A DNA stretch of 64,000 nucleotides from Leucoraja ocellata (GCA_036785375.1 JAWMAR010000006.1:3472001-3536000), one strand, 5' to 3'; counted from the first letter of the stretch, positions 37,934 to 51,859 are shown. Program-made: numbers and translations. The notes: a model not told the origin generated them from the sequence alone.

Positions 37934-38085
37934 ATGAATGGTTGCTGATTTTTGGAGATCCAACAAAGTTTGGCCTTGGAGTATTCTCAGTTTTGTTTGA
38001 TATTCTCTTCATTGTCCAGCATTACTGCTTGTACAGACACAAATCTGATGACTACAGGTCAATGAGTGAGGATAACCGAGACTGA
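37934..38085 (+). CDS. CTNS: CTNS last coding exon
   Basis: ttacag|AT GAA TGG... encodes (D)[49 protein letters not shown]. All ten exons sum to 1158 nt (385 aa plus stop). Confidence 0.97.
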
Positions 38086-40812
38086 TCCTGCACCACATAA
38101 CAAGAACTGTAACAGAACCACTCAGCAAATCAGGCAGCATCATGAAGGGAATTCTGGATTTTAGGTTTCAGGTCATTGACCTTTCATCAGTGCCAGGAAA
38201 AGTTATAGATGGACCAGATGTGAGTGAAGAAACTGGTGGAGAGCAAAAAGGAATCTGTTAAATAGCAGAACCCAGCAGACATTGCATGTGCACAAAAAGA
38301 GATGTGTGCAGAGCAAAAGGAGATGGTAATGAGACAAAGAAGGTAAAGGTCATTCTGGATGGGCATAAATGGAAGAAGTCTGATTTTATCTGAAATTATC
38401 AGTGGAAAGACTGAAATAAAAATTATAAAGATAAATGTTACCTTAAATTGTTGAGTTGTCTGAGATTAGGCAGGCTGTAATACATTGTGAGGGAAGAAGT
38501 GCTTTCCCTCACTAGCACCAGATCTACAAGTTTGCTCCACCAGCATTCTAGGAGCAGTCTTCAGCTTTCATTTTTCTTAATGGCTATTATTAAACTGAAA
38601 TGTCAGATGTTAATCTAACAAGGTTTCCTCTACTGGATTCCAATTTCCCTTTAGTTGCAATTGCTTTGTTAAAAATTACTGTGGCCCCACGACCAACAAA
38701 ACCCCCTGGATCAGTTTGGCACGGACAAAAGCTTTCTACAAGACTCGCATGTTGAAATGGAAAGTTTACTCATTTAAATTTGGCCGAGAAGCACAAGGAA
38801 ACTGCAAATGCTGGAATCTTGAATAAAATAAAAGTGCTGGAAGAACTCTGCGGGTCAGGCAGCATGAAGAAAGGTCCTGTCCATTTCCCTCTACACTTGC
38901 TGCCCGACCTGCTCACATCCTCCAGCACTTTGTTCTTGCTCAAAATTCAGCCTGGACTTTAGTGTTAAGTTTCAGGACCCTTGGGTTAAAATAAGTTGGT
39001 GTTCACTTCAATTACATGCTAACTAATTGTAGGAAAACATAATGTTAACACCGAGGAAGGGGTGCCTTGCAGTTGGATTCATGGTGCCTGGGCAAATGTG
39101 GAGAAAACATTTCTGCTGGGTGCCTGTATTCATCCAACCCTGTCTTCTGCAAGAACTCCATTCCGTTCACCCAGGTTTTCTGTGTCTGTGTATGATTATG
39201 TCGACTTTCACACTGAGCTCCTCTTATACCTTTTTCCTTACTCATGGATACCACACTGCATCAAAGTCCCCAGGCACATTACTATGATTGATTCTCAACC
39301 TTATCATAATCATAATCACCAGTCTCCATGTTCACAATATCATCCTCTCTTATTCCCGACCTCTGCCCAGTATTTCAAGGTACAGTACCCTGGCTCACTC
39401 CACTGTTGCACTTCCACTCTTGCCCTGTAGCACCCTATCCATCTGTCCTTTCAGCATACATCTTCACATGGGATAGAGTCCCAACCACATCCTCTTGGTT
39501 AATCAGTTATCAGTATGTGACCTCAAACAGAAAGATGACTACCTTGCAGCCTGTACTTGCAATCCTGGCCATCTCCAGTCCCACTGTCCTCTGCTGTCTA
39601 ATGAAGTTCAATGTAAACTCTAGTCTTCCAAATTCAATAAGAGTTCAACCATTTCCAATAACAATTCTGCTGCCAGGCAGCCTCAATCAGATCTATCTTT
39701 TGAATGCTTACCAGCTATTCATCACACACCCATTTCCTCATGCCCTTTATTCTTTACTGTTTTCTGCCCTGTCACTTTTTTTGTTTTCTCCACCCACCCC
39801 ACGGTCTCCTTTCTAATTTATAACTTTGAGCCTTTTTGATAAATGGTCATTGACTTAATGTAAACCCTGTTTCCACAGAATCTGCCTGAGCTGCAGATTA
39901 TATTCAGTGTTTTCTGCTTTTATTTTAGATTTACAATATTCAGTGCATTTTGTTCTTACATTAATATTTAGATCTCTCGATACCAGCCTCAAGATTTACA
40001 ATTTAGCTTTTATTTGCCAGTGTGTGCTGTTTTTTTCACGAGGAAAATGTATTACTCATAATTTCCTTTGTTTGTGGATGCCTGTGTGGTTTGAAATTTG
40101 ATACGACTGAACCAGCTGGTTTTACCTCACATTGATGGCAGTGAGACTGGATTAGGTCTGTCCAGAAGTTTAGTGTTGAGTTTGTGCACTTTGTCCATCT
40201 TTGGCTTCTTCAACCTCCTGAATTGATTTGATAATTGGAATATGTCTTTAGATCACTGGAAATAATTGTATGCCAATGGCTGCCTTAAAACTGAACACCC
40301 ATGCACTTTCTGTAAATGCTCACATTGCACAAAATTTATCAAATGAAAAGTATTAAATCTTTGTTAAAAATAAACCTGATTTCATTTTCTTGAATGGTGT
40401 GTTGCATTCCTGTTCTTCACTGCACCCCCTCTGTGGTAACTCATTTCCCATCTATCATTCCAATGTACTTAGATTAGGTGAAAAAAAAGTGCTGGAGGAA
40501 GACAGCAGGGTGATGTATCGGTTCGTGACCCTTCAATTGGACGATTTTGGACTTAAGTGCACACTGGGTGGGTGGGCACATTTGTTGGTAAGTCTGGGAT
40601 CCTTTAGAAATGTTTTTTTTTACCGTGAGTTTGTAGTTCAAATGTAGGAATGAGAGGAATACGAGAAATACACCGGGTCTTGTGACTAGATTGTGGGTGA
40701 ATACAGTTGCTGCTGTTGACAGTCTATTCTGCCAAAGCAATTTCATTACTAAATCAGGTCTTCAAGCTCATATTAAGTGTGGCAGAGAACATAATGAAAG
40801 ATGTTACCAGAG

Positions 40813-41045
40813 TAAAGCCCCTGTCCCACTTTCCCGAGTTACCACGAATTCTGAGTTTTCCCCTCGATTCAAACTCGGAGAACTACGGTAATAGCCAGTA
40901 CTCGAGGCTATTTTTTTTTACTCGTGGACATTTTTCAACATGCTGAAAAAACGTCCCGACTTACCTGATGCCCCGAGTACCTACGAGCCGCTACAAAATA
41001 TCTACGGGCTCCTACGGACATTCTCCGAGTTTGAATGAATGGGAC
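40813..41045. mobile_element. Harbinger-like MITE remnant
   Basis: Starts GCCCCTGTCCCACTT, similar to the 6211 terminus. Internal inverted repeat ATTCAAACTCGGAGAA / TTCTCCGAGTTTGAAT. Confidence 0.5.
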
Positions 41046-41299
41046 TACACAAGAGAATTTGTGAGTAGCTTGGGACAGAGGCTTAAGAGGAATTATGCAG
41101 TTTCTGCTGATGATCATGGACAGATGCAACTGGGAGTAGTAACCTATTTCTGAAATTAAATACATTGTTGCTCTGTGGGTTTTTTTGCTGAAAAACGTTT
41201 GACAGATATTTAAATCTCAAGCCAGTGACCATTCTGGGAGCTTGCTATTTTTCAAGTGAAGCTTAATGAAATTCTACTGATGCAGGCAAGGACGTAACA

Positions 41300-42558
41300 G
41301 GATTGGTCCAAGTCAGCATGGATTTACGAAGGGGAAATTATGCTTAACTAATCTTCTGGAATGTTTTGAGGATGTAACTAGGAAAATGGAGAGCCAGTGG
41401 ATGTAGTGTACCTGGACTTTCAGAAAGCATTTGATAAGGTCCCACATAGGAAATTAGTGGGCAAAATTAGAGCACATGGTATTGGGGGTAGGGTACTGAC
41501 ATGGATAGAAAATTGGTTGGCTACAGGAAACAAAGAATAGGGATAAACAGGTCCCTTTCAGAATGGCAGACAGTGACTAGTGGGGTACCGCGAGGCTCGT
41601 TGCTGGGACCGCAGCTATTTACAATATATATTATTGATTTAGATGACAGGATTAAAAGTAACATTATCAAATTTGCAGATGACACAAAGCTGGGTGGCAG
41701 TGTGAACTGTGAGGAGGATGCTATGAGGATGCAGGGTGACTTGGATAGGTTGGGTGAGTGGGCAGATGTTTAATGTGGATAAATGTGAGATTATCCACTT
41801 TGCTGGCAAAAACAGGAAGGCAGATTATTATCTGTATGGTGTCAAGTTGGGAAAAGGGAAAGTACAACAAAATCTGGGAGTTCTTGTTCATCAGTCACTG
41901 AAAGTAAGCATGCAGGTACAGCAGGCAGTGAAGAAAGCGAATGGCATGTTGGCCTTCATAACGAGGAGTTGAATATAGGAGCAAAGAGGTCATTCTGCAG
42001 TTGTACAGGGCCGAAGTGAGACCACACCTGGAGTATTGTGTGCAGTTTTGGTCTCCAAATTTGAGGAAGGACATTCTTGCTATGAGGAGTACAGCATAGG
42101 TTCACAAGGTTAATTCCTAGGACTGTCATGTGTTGACAGAATGGAGTGGCTGGGCTTGTATACTCTGGAATTTAGGTTGAGGGGATCTTATTGAAACATA
42201 TAAGATTATTAAGGATTTGGACACTCTTGAGGCACAACACATGTTCCCGATGTTGGAGGAGTCCAGAGCCAGAGGCCACAGTTTAAGAATAAGGGGTAAG
42301 CCATTTAGAACGGAGATGAGGAAAAACTTTTTCACACAGGGTTGTGAATCTGTGGAATTATCTGCCTCAGAAAGCAATGGATGCCAATTATCTGGATGCT
42401 TTCAAGAGTTAGATAAAGCTCTTAAAAATAGCGGAGTCAGGGGATATGGCAAGAAGGCAGGAACGGGGTACTGATTGCGGATGATCAGCCATGTTAATAT
42501 TGAATGGCTGTGCTGGCTCAATGGGCCGAACGGCCTACTCCTGCACCTATTGTCTATT
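41300..42558 (+). mobile_element. CR1-type LINE ORF2 RT to 3' end, frameshifted
   Basis: YLDFQKAFDKVPH, SGVPRGSLLGP and KFADDTKL motifs, plus the CR1 3' tail. Confidence 0.92.
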
Positions 42559-45282
42559 GACGTGCAGGTGATAAGCAGAGTTTTTCCTTTGGTAATACAG
42601 CCCGGCCAACTAACCTAAATCGTCATCTAGATACTTAAATGTTGTGAAAGAACTGGTAATGTTTCAGATTCCAACTTTAAAAAATAATTCCTCAGATCCT
42701 ATTTTCCACTCATCTTTGATTGGTAACTCCCAACAGAATATTTACATCTGTTTCTTCAATCTTTCCCAAGATAGGCTGACTTAATGCAGTAAAACATGAA
42801 TCATTAATTCTACAATAAGTGCAAGATGCAATTAAATCTACAATTTACATTAGTAATATAAATTGGGGATGTCACAGCTTCAAATTGCATTTGATTTGTG
42901 AAGTAATCCCTCCAAATTCTGCACTGGTACAAGCAACATGCTTTGTATTCAGTATCTTAATATTCAGATACTTAGCTAGCTTGTTTCACCCTTCCGATGT
43001 CTTGGTTTTGATTTAAAACTATTTAAGACTACAGTATTACAAAATGTAAAGGAGTCTTGAAACTTCCCAAATATAATTTATTCTTTAGCCCCGGTGCTTC
43101 ATGTTCCAAACAATCAACTCTAGATCAAGGAAGATGCTGCACCTGCTGGCCCTCCACATGGGCTGGAAGCTGATTGTGATCCTGTTACTGGCTTGGCCAA
43201 TGCATCAGCGTCTACAGGATGCACTGCAACTCATTCCCTCGCTTCACCCCTTCCCAGTAATGTAATCATCAAAAACACACAACACCTCTGTTCAGTGATC
43301 CACTCTAGCAAGTGTATTTATTGAAAGCAATTTAACTACAGTAATTGTGCAAGGAGCAATGTTATTTCTTCCAAATCATCACCAGCAGATCCACCCAATT
43401 AAAGTTGTTTACATAAATACAAAACTGAACAAATTATGCAGAAAGGCTGTAAAAAATGTGCCATCATCACTTGCTCATAAAAAAAAAGAGATCCTAAACT
43501 TCCACGCGTCCAGGTTGGTGTAAGGAGCACAGCCTCAGCATGTAGGATTCATATACAATCCAGCCAGGTTGTACTTGTACCAAATGTGTATTGCCCCTCA
43601 ATAGAGGGGAACATGCAATGGTACACAGTATTCACTGGTACAGCTGGATGTTATGATCCAGGAACCCCAAGCTGCTTAAAGACCAACATGTAAAGACCAT
43701 TCAACCATACAGCTACAGATAGGCCTAAAGTACTGATACAACTAAGTATTCACAACCAAAGTCGTGCAATTGTGTCTGACAGTGATTAATCTAGTGTCAA
43801 AAGTTCTGCCATGTTATGTTTATATACATTTAAAAATTGAAGAGTGGCTTTACCCAACAGTCACAGAAAAGGAATGCAATGTGCAGCAGTCGCTGCAGTT
43901 AAATATTCTGGCACTATGTATACTTTGGTTTTTTTGCAACACACTAGGAATGAGTCCGAAGGCACTTTAAGGGGGCCCTGAATCGTTACCAGGTTACATT
44001 ATAAATAGAAGCAGCTCAGTATTCTGCATATAAAATTGCACTGTAATAATGTGGCTCTGGTCCTCCCGAGGATACATAATTACCTCAGAGATGCCTTGCA
44101 ATCAGAAGTTGTAGAAGGTGTGAAGGCACAGGATTCCGTTTAAAATAATAAAGAATATTCAGTAAAAATCTATAAAAGTACATTTTGAACAATGATCCAT
44201 TCTCAAGAACTTCAAGAAATATGCACAGGTTCTGAATTTATGGATATAGGCTGCTTTGGATCAGTGTTATTTTGAATGAATCATAATATTATGTTTACTT
44301 TGATCCATAGCCACAGATAGCCATGGAACATGCAATCCAGAGGTCATAGCCTTAGAATTAAAGGGTGCGCTTTTAGAAAGGAGGTGTGGAGCAACTTCTT
44401 TAGTCAGAGGGTAGTTAATCTGTGGAATGTATTGCCACGAGGGCTGTGGAGTTTAAGATAGTGGATATTTTTAAGGCAGAGATAGACAAATTCTTGATTA
44501 GAACTGGTGTCAAGGGTTATTGGGAGAAGGCAGAAAATGGTATAAGGAGGCAGAGATCAGCCGTGATTGAATGGTGGAGTAGACTCAATGGGCCGAATGG
44601 CCTAATTCTACTCCTATAACTGGTGAACTACATCATTTTATGTATCAGCACACACCAAATAAAGCAATGTTGTCTCTGCACACTTGGCACTGCAAACTAG
44701 TACTTCAAACTCAACTATCCTTGTGGTTCTTCAATGTTAGTAAAATAAACAATTGCTAATCAGTTGTATCATTTAAAAGGGCCTTTGTATATTAGTGTCA
44801 TTTTCTCTTAGTATGCATAGGCCAATTCAGCCCTCCCTGGGGTCCCAGCAATGACTTTGGGCAGCAAACCTGCATTTGGATAGTTGAAAGCTGATTAAAA
44901 AGCCTAAAATCTGCATTTAAATAGCAATCAGGAAATGTATGAGAGAAATAAATCAAGTGTCTGTCTATTAATGCTATTAATAAGCTTGAGATTCTGAATT
45001 CTCTCACTTTGGAGACATGGTCCTAGTGGTTAATTTGCTGAATTAGTTTAGTGCAGTTTATCAATCATTATATTAAAGGGAGTTTTTATGCAATTCTCAG
45101 TGAAATCTGTGCTAATTGTAGTTGTTGGTGACTCAAACAGTGGTGCCTTTGATGGCTCGCCTGTGTAGTGTACTGAGAACAAGGTATATTGCCGTGGAAT
45201 AAAGTTTCTAAAGACTAAACGGCTTTCTGACACAAGATAATTTCACAATTGTTATGTGCCGCCTATTCCAATGAGAACTTGG

Positions 45283-45417
45283 CTACTGCAGCGAATGTTG
45301 TACGGCCTGCTGAAGAGATTTACGGGTTACCAGAAGCCGAACTACATCTTCACTCTTCTTTGTGAGACGTTTCCTGGCCTGGTCATGTGTTACCATTGTC
45401 ATATCCCAACCATTTAC
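45283..45417 (-). CDS. TAX1BP3: TAX1BP3 (TIP-1, PDZ protein) exon 4
   Basis: ttgcag|GTA AAT GGT... encodes VNGWDMTMVTHDQARKRLTKKSEDVVRLLVTRKSLQQAVQHSLQ*. Confidence 0.97.
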   Translation of the reverse strand, partial: VNGWDMTMVTHDQARKRLTKKSEDVVRLLVTRKSLQQAVQHSLQ

Positions 45418-45699
45418 CTGCAAAGGAATCAGACATTACATGAGTGGACGAGAACACCATCGATTTCATTCACACATCTGCAATTTGTAATTTAAGTTTG
45501 CTTTTTTTCTCAATTGGGTGTTTAATTTGGGTTGAAAGTTCAGACCAATCCATAAGAGGACCAGGTGACTTCTTTCAACCAGGTGTACGCTTTATTCCCT
45601 GGATTTCAAGGCTCATTATGTGAACAGATATTTCAACACCATATTCTATCTTACCAGGAAGTATCATGAGTGAAGCTACTTTTCTTCCACACAGGCCGG

Positions 45700-46003
45700 G
45701 GGACACAGTAGCACAGCGGTAGAGTTACTGCCTTACAGCACCGGGGACCTGGGTTTGATCCTGACTAAGGGTGCTGTCTGTACAGATTTTGTACGTTCTC
45801 CCTGTCACCTGCGTGGGTTTTCTCCGGGATCCGTTTCCTCCCACATTCCAAATACGTACAGGTTTGTAGGTTAATTGGTTTGGTATAATTGTAAATAGTC
45901 CCTAGTATGTATAGGATAGTGTTAATGTGCGGGGATCGCTAGTCGGCGCGGACTCAGTGGGCCGAAGGGCTGGTTTCCACGCTGTATCTCTAATCTAAAC
46001 TAA
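45700..46003 (+). mobile_element. tRNA-derived SINE (V-SINE/HE1-like); partial copies at ~870-1000, 46280-46460, 58200-58460
   Basis: Pol III A-box-like TAGCACAGCGGTAG and B-box-like GGTTTGATCC, a central gttctccctgt..ctgcgtgggttttctccggg domain, and a LINE-like tail ending (CTAAA)n. Confidence 0.8.
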
Positions 46004-46640
46004 CTACCTCATTCTAATTTAAACATGGCCTCAGACTAAAATGATGAGATTTGAATCAACATCTTCTGTAGGTGGAGAAACACCATGTAGACAACACCAC
46101 AGGATCGCCTCACTCTGTGTCTTGGAACAGGGAGGACATTAGCAGGTACATAGAATGGAAGATAAGACACAAACCGCTGGAGTAACTCAGCGGGTCAGGC
46201 AGCATCTCTGTAGAAAAAGAATAGGTTAACGTTTCGGGTTGAGACCCTTCTTCAGACTGAGAGTCCGGGGAAGGGGCGCTTCTTCGGGTGCTCCGGTTTC
46301 CTCCCACGCTCCAGACGTACAGGTTTGTAGGCTAATTGGCTTGGTAAAATGGTAAAATTATCCCTAGTGCGTGTAGGATAGTGCTAGTGTGCAGGGATCG
46401 CTGGGTGGCGTGGATTCAGTGGGCCGAAAGACCTGTTTCTGTGCTGTATCCCTAAACTACTTAACAATGGATGGTTGCCAGATATGAACCAGATTACTAG
46501 ATTATTGGACACTGGGACATGACAAAAATTAGAGCAAGATGGTGGCACAAGAATACATTTGCTGGAATAATAATTCAGTAGTCCAGGACAAACAATCTAG
46601 AAATTAGAGTTCAAACTTCATACATTGGCTACATTTAAAA

Positions 46641-46644
<4 letters not shown>

Positions 46645-46709
<65 letters not shown>

Positions 46710-46721
46710 CACACACACACA
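46645..46721. repeat. (TG)n microsatellite followed by a short (AC)n
   Basis: Direct observation. Confidence 0.95.
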
Positions 46722-46866
46722 ACATGCTTTGCTCTTTACCCTCCCCCAAGCCCACCCTTAGTTCTACCTTTACCTCTGTGCTACCTTTTTTCTGCCACCT
46801 CCCCTGCTGTTTCATGATCCAACCCCACCCCCATCATCATTGTTGCACGAACACTGGAAACCACAC

Positions 46867-46944
46867 CTGCATTATCTTGTCTCCGATCAGTAGTCCTGCA
46901 ACTTCAGCTGGTCCACCTTCAGAGACTCTAGTAACATATATACC
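46867..46944 (-). CDS. TAX1BP3: TAX1BP3 exon 3
   Basis: 78 bp, ttacag| and |gtgtgg. Encodes GIYVTRVSEGGPAEVAGLLIGDKIMQ. Confidence 0.97.
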
Positions 46945-48855
46945 CTGTAAAAACAACAGAGTAATGATTGGTGGTAAATAAATATAGGCTGGAAGTTGCC
47001 TTCAAACATTCATTGATCAAATATGGAGACCCGAAAGAAGATAGAGAATGAGAATAAAAGGCACAAAGTACTGGGGGAACTCAGTGGGGCAGGCAGCATC
47101 TCTGGAGAACATGGAGAGGTGACGTTTCGGGTTGGGACCCTTCTTCCGAACCTGAAACGTCACCTATCCACGTTCTCCAGAGATGCTGCTTGACCCACTG
47201 AGTCACTCCGCAACTTTATGTCTTTTTTTGTAAACCAGCACCTGCTGTTTCTTGTGCCTTGAGAGAATGAGAATAAACAAGCAAACAATGTAAAGCAAAA
47301 ATCAGAAGAGCAGTTATGGATATAAAAAGGAAGGCACTCGCTAAAGTAAAACATTCATCACTTAAAGGACGTCACTGTGGAATTATGGGAAACAGGAACA
47401 GCTGTGACACTAATTATATTGGTTCGTTTTTTATGTTGGATCGCACATCTCATTTGAGCCTTGCACCTCTCACCTTAAATCTATGCCCTCAAGTACTTGA
47501 TTCTTCCACCATGGGAAAAGGATTCTGACTCTACCCTATCCATGCCTCACAATTGTACATACATATATATATCCTATGATTTGCCTATCTATCTGTTCCT
47601 TCATCTTTTAAGTGGGCTTTTGAGTGATCTCCTTTTTATTTCTAATTCCTACTCAGAAGACACCCTTCCTCATTACTGCAGTGATGTGTCTCAGAGAAAT
47701 AATGCAATAATCCTATTTTATTTTTTAATCCTCTAGTCCCAACAATCTTGAAATGTATATATCCTGGAATGTTGAGTTGCCAGTCTTGCCTTTCTTTCAA
47801 CCATTTTTCAGTGAATGCAACAATATCATGTCAATGCTCCAAGTTCAACTGTTTTACTGGTTAGGTTTCTTGCATAATAAATGCAATTTCACCTTCCAAT
47901 CCTCCCCTGCGCTTTATCATGCCTACGTCTGCTCTGCCTACTGCACTGGCCAGGCCATTGTGCAATTATCTGAAGGAATATGTATTTTAGCAGGAAACCT
48001 GAGACGTTAGGTACAATTTCTTGCTATGAGAACAGTATTTGTCCTGCATGATGCTTTGCATGCTACCTTTTAATCTGAAATAATTAGGCTATACTGGAAA
48101 AATATTAAAAGTGCAAATGTATTAAAAAAAAAAGATTTTGAGGGGTAGTACCTTTGTTAAAGACTACGACAAGCTCAGATTATTAATAGTCACGTCAAAT
48201 TTTAGAGCGCTAACGTCAGAGGTTAAGAAACTGTGTGATAGGAAGGGTGTGCTTGAATTAGAAAGGGTGTAGAAAGGCTTAGCAGAAACATTACGTGGTC
48301 TGGAGGACTTGAGTTACAGGATCAATTGATTAGGCTGGGACCATGTAGCCTGAGTGAAGACGGCTGAGAGGTGACTTTAAAGATGTTTATGAGGGGCAAA
48401 GATAGAGAAGATATTCGTAGTATTTTTCCCAGAATAGGATAACCTAAACACTAGATTGCATAGGAGGTTTCTTCCACACAGAATGTGACAGGGGGGAGTG
48501 GGCATATGAAACAATATGCCAGAGGAGGTTGTAGAGTCAAGTACCTGTAAAATGTTCAAAGGACAGTTGGAGAGGTACATCAATGAGAAACATTTAAAGT
48601 AATTTGGGCATAATACATGCAAATTGAATTGGGCATGTTGGTCAGAATGTACGAGTTGGACTGAAGGGTGCGTTTCAGTTTTGAATAACTCTACAATAGG
48701 GTCTGAAGCCAATAGCTTCAGTTTGGCAATACTTAGTTGGACAAAATGTCTACTCATTCAACACTCTGGTCATCAGTGATGAAAGGGTTGGGGAAAGGAG
48801 TACATCTAGAAATTAATTGGTGGAGCTATTTCTTGACAATGGCACACTCTCATAC

Positions 48856-48975
48856 CTTATCTGTTTTGTCCTCAGAGTAGGGGTTTTGTGCAGGATCCTG
48901 GTCAATTCCACCTCCAATACTGAATCCCAGGATAAGGTTATCACCATGACGCAATTTACGGATTTCAATACGTTG
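48856..48975 (-). CDS. TAX1BP3: TAX1BP3 exon 2
   Basis: 120 bp, tttcag| and |gtatga. Encodes QRIEIRKLRHGDNLILGFSIGGGIDQDPAQNPYSEDKTDK. Confidence 0.97.
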
Positions 48976-50395
48976 CTGAAAGAAAGCAATTAAAATCAAG
49001 ATCTGGAAATATCTGTGATGAATAAATTCAAAGCATTGTTGCAGTCAGAGCACAAACTATTTTCGGGAAAGGGAAAATTATTTTGATCCAATGTCCCTTG
49101 AAAGAGCTCAACCTCCATGAAACACATGACCACATATTTTTATGGTGTTTTTCCTCGAAGATAGACACAAAATGCTGGAGTAACTCAGCTGGACAGGCAG
49201 CATCTCTGGAGAGAAGGAATGGGTGATGTTTCTGGTTGAGACCCTTCTTCAGAAGAGTGGTCTCGACCCGAAGCGACACCCATATCTTCTCTCAAGAGAT
49301 GTTACCTGTCCTGCTGAGTTACTCCAGCATTTTGTATCTACAGTCTAAACTAGCATCTGCAGTTCCTTCCTACACACTATTTTTCCCCTCATTCTTTCCC
49401 TCTTGTGCCCAGTTATCATTTTATAGTATATCAGTCAATAGGCTTCTCACATGCATAACGTCTTAAGCAATCCCACCAACTTCCTTTCTTTGGGAATTTT
49501 TTAAAATCATGCACTCAGAATTTGAGTAATTGCTATGATGAGCACCATGCATGTGTAAACATGACCCTGTAAACTTCAAATAGTGTACTTTAGCAACTAA
49601 TACATTTTCCCCCCATAAATTTCTAATACTGAGAATCATCAATACTCTTATCAAATATTCACTCAAATGATTCCTGGTCCTCCCTGTACTAAAACCAACA
49701 AATAACAGATTAATTTATATTGTATGAAAATATAACATTAACTATAATTGCAGGTTCTCCATCTGCTGAATCAGAAAGTTACAACCAAAAAAAACATAAC
49801 AAGCTGTTCTTTCCATTGACACTTCTCCAAAGACTTCTCTTTGCAATTTAAAACAGCACGTCATTCTCCATGAAACACCCAGTAGCTTTGCAAACAAGAT
49901 AAACAATAGTCACTCCCTTTAATCAATCGGACTGAAGAATTGTCATCCCAAAAGTGATTAGAGGGATATTTTGACTATGTATTTATATAATGCAAGTCTC
50001 TTAATCTATTTTCCTTCTATTCCATTAAATACAAGACAACAGAACAAAGTAATTTTAAGCTAATACATTTTGTATCTACAGTCTGAAGAAGGGTTTCGGC
50101 CCGAAACGTTGCCTATTTCCTTCGTGCCATAGATGCTGCTGCACCTGCTGAGTTTCTCCAGCACTTTTGTCTACCAAAGTAATGTTTTAAATCTGCAACA
50201 AATGGCATCTGAAGCAAGTCTCCATGCTAACATGCAGGTCTAAAAAGATTAATTACCATGCATTACAATTTATCAACTGTTAAAAATTTTAAATCATGAC
50301 GTGAACATTCTTGCAAAACATTCTCTTCATTCTCCACAGGAAAGATATGATGGGACTGGAATGTGGTGAGCAGGGCTGTATGCCATGGTCTAACT

Positions 50396-50601
50396 CAGGG
50401 GTTCCCAGCCTTTTTTGTTCCGTTTACCCCTGGCAACTTTAATAGCAGATAACAATGTTATTTCACTTATTTATGAACAACTAATGATGAACAGAACCAG
50501 AACCAAACACAGTCAGTCAATGAGAAAAAATATGTATAAATCCAGAATCAACAAATTTGCCCCCTGGGTAGTCGAAATTTACCCCAGGTTGGAAACTCTT
50601 G
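50396..50601. mobile_element. hAT-type MITE
   Basis: Ends CAGGGGTTCCCAGCC / GGTTGGAAACTCTTG. 8-bp flanks GTCTAACT / GTCTAACG. Confidence 0.75.
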
Positions 50602-51859
50602 GTCTAACGTATAGAGTTCTAGCATTACATCCCTGCTTATATGAAGGCTGAGCTACTCAATTATCAACATCCTGATAGGGATGTTTGACTGGATACATAC
50701 ATCTTCCAGAGATGCAACCTGGCATTTGAACAACAAGCACTGGTTGTTCCTTGGCATGTAGGTCGGCAGAGTACACAAGGTCCTTCCATCAGATGCAAGG
50801 CAAGTGCCAGAGGCGTAGAAAATGGCAAATATTGGCAACACCCTTATCCAAAAGAAAAGGGGATGCAAATTCATATCTGGTAACTACAGGTCAGTTAGTT
50901 CAACCCAAAACACAGCAAGCATTTGGAAAAGTGAGTTGTAATCTGATAAAATCCAACAAAAAAGGCAAATCCACAACATCAAACACTTGGAATTAAGAAA
51001 TCGTGGATTCCTTATTTCAGGCTTCAATGGCTATGATTCTTGCTGTCATTTCTACAGCAAAGTACAGTTATTTTGCTTCAATTGGATGTACACTATTATG
51101 ACTATTTTGAATTTTGACATTTACACTCAGTACAATGATGACCTCAAAATTAATTTCTGATTAACAACATCAAATCCAATGAAAGCAACAGTTAACAACA
51201 GAAAACAATACTCTCAGTACAAGGCCACATGGAGAATCTCACAGGGTCTTCCACCCACCTCAATTTAGCTACATACCATGTCATCAGAAATCTTAAACAA
51301 GAAGCTTATCATGTGGTAGTCACAAATGGAATTGGTGTAGATGGGTATAAAGGTCAGTATAGACAAGGTGGCTCATTTCTGTGCTGTATGACTCAAAGGA
51401 ACTCCCTGTAGAAACTCACACAATGCACTTACTGGTGCAAAGTACAACCTTAACCTAATCACAAAATGAACAGTGCTCAGTTACATTCTTAAATAATGCT
51501 TTGAAAATGTGCTACTTCATTCATCACCGTGTGCTGTACTGGAATGTATCCCTGCAAAACGCAGCCCTTTAAGCCTCGTGTTTTCCCCGATCCAGAGCTA
51601 CAGAACAGCAGTCACACAACAAGGGAGGAGACTGAGCGTGTCAACTCTGTGGAATTCAATTCATGCAGAGGCAAGCACACCCCATTCAAGGAGTGGGGGA
51701 CTGAAACAAGACCATAGAGCCCAAATACGGCACGCAGTAGAGGAAGTACCATATGTTCCAAGACAGTTAAACGCGATTTACAACAGCTTGCATTTATTAC
51801 ATATCATAATTGAGAAAAAATAATCCTTGACAATGGCCCCCTCCCTGCATCAAAACGGG

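Noticed and set aside
45700-45775. tRNA-like A/B boxes
   Set aside because: This is the head of a SINE. It continues into the SINE body and tail, and no complete cloverleaf is evident.
46035-46260. ATGATGA (box C-like) in the duplicated intronic block, suggesting a C/D snoRNA
   Set aside because: The motif is antisense to both host genes, and no well-placed box D or terminal stem was seen.
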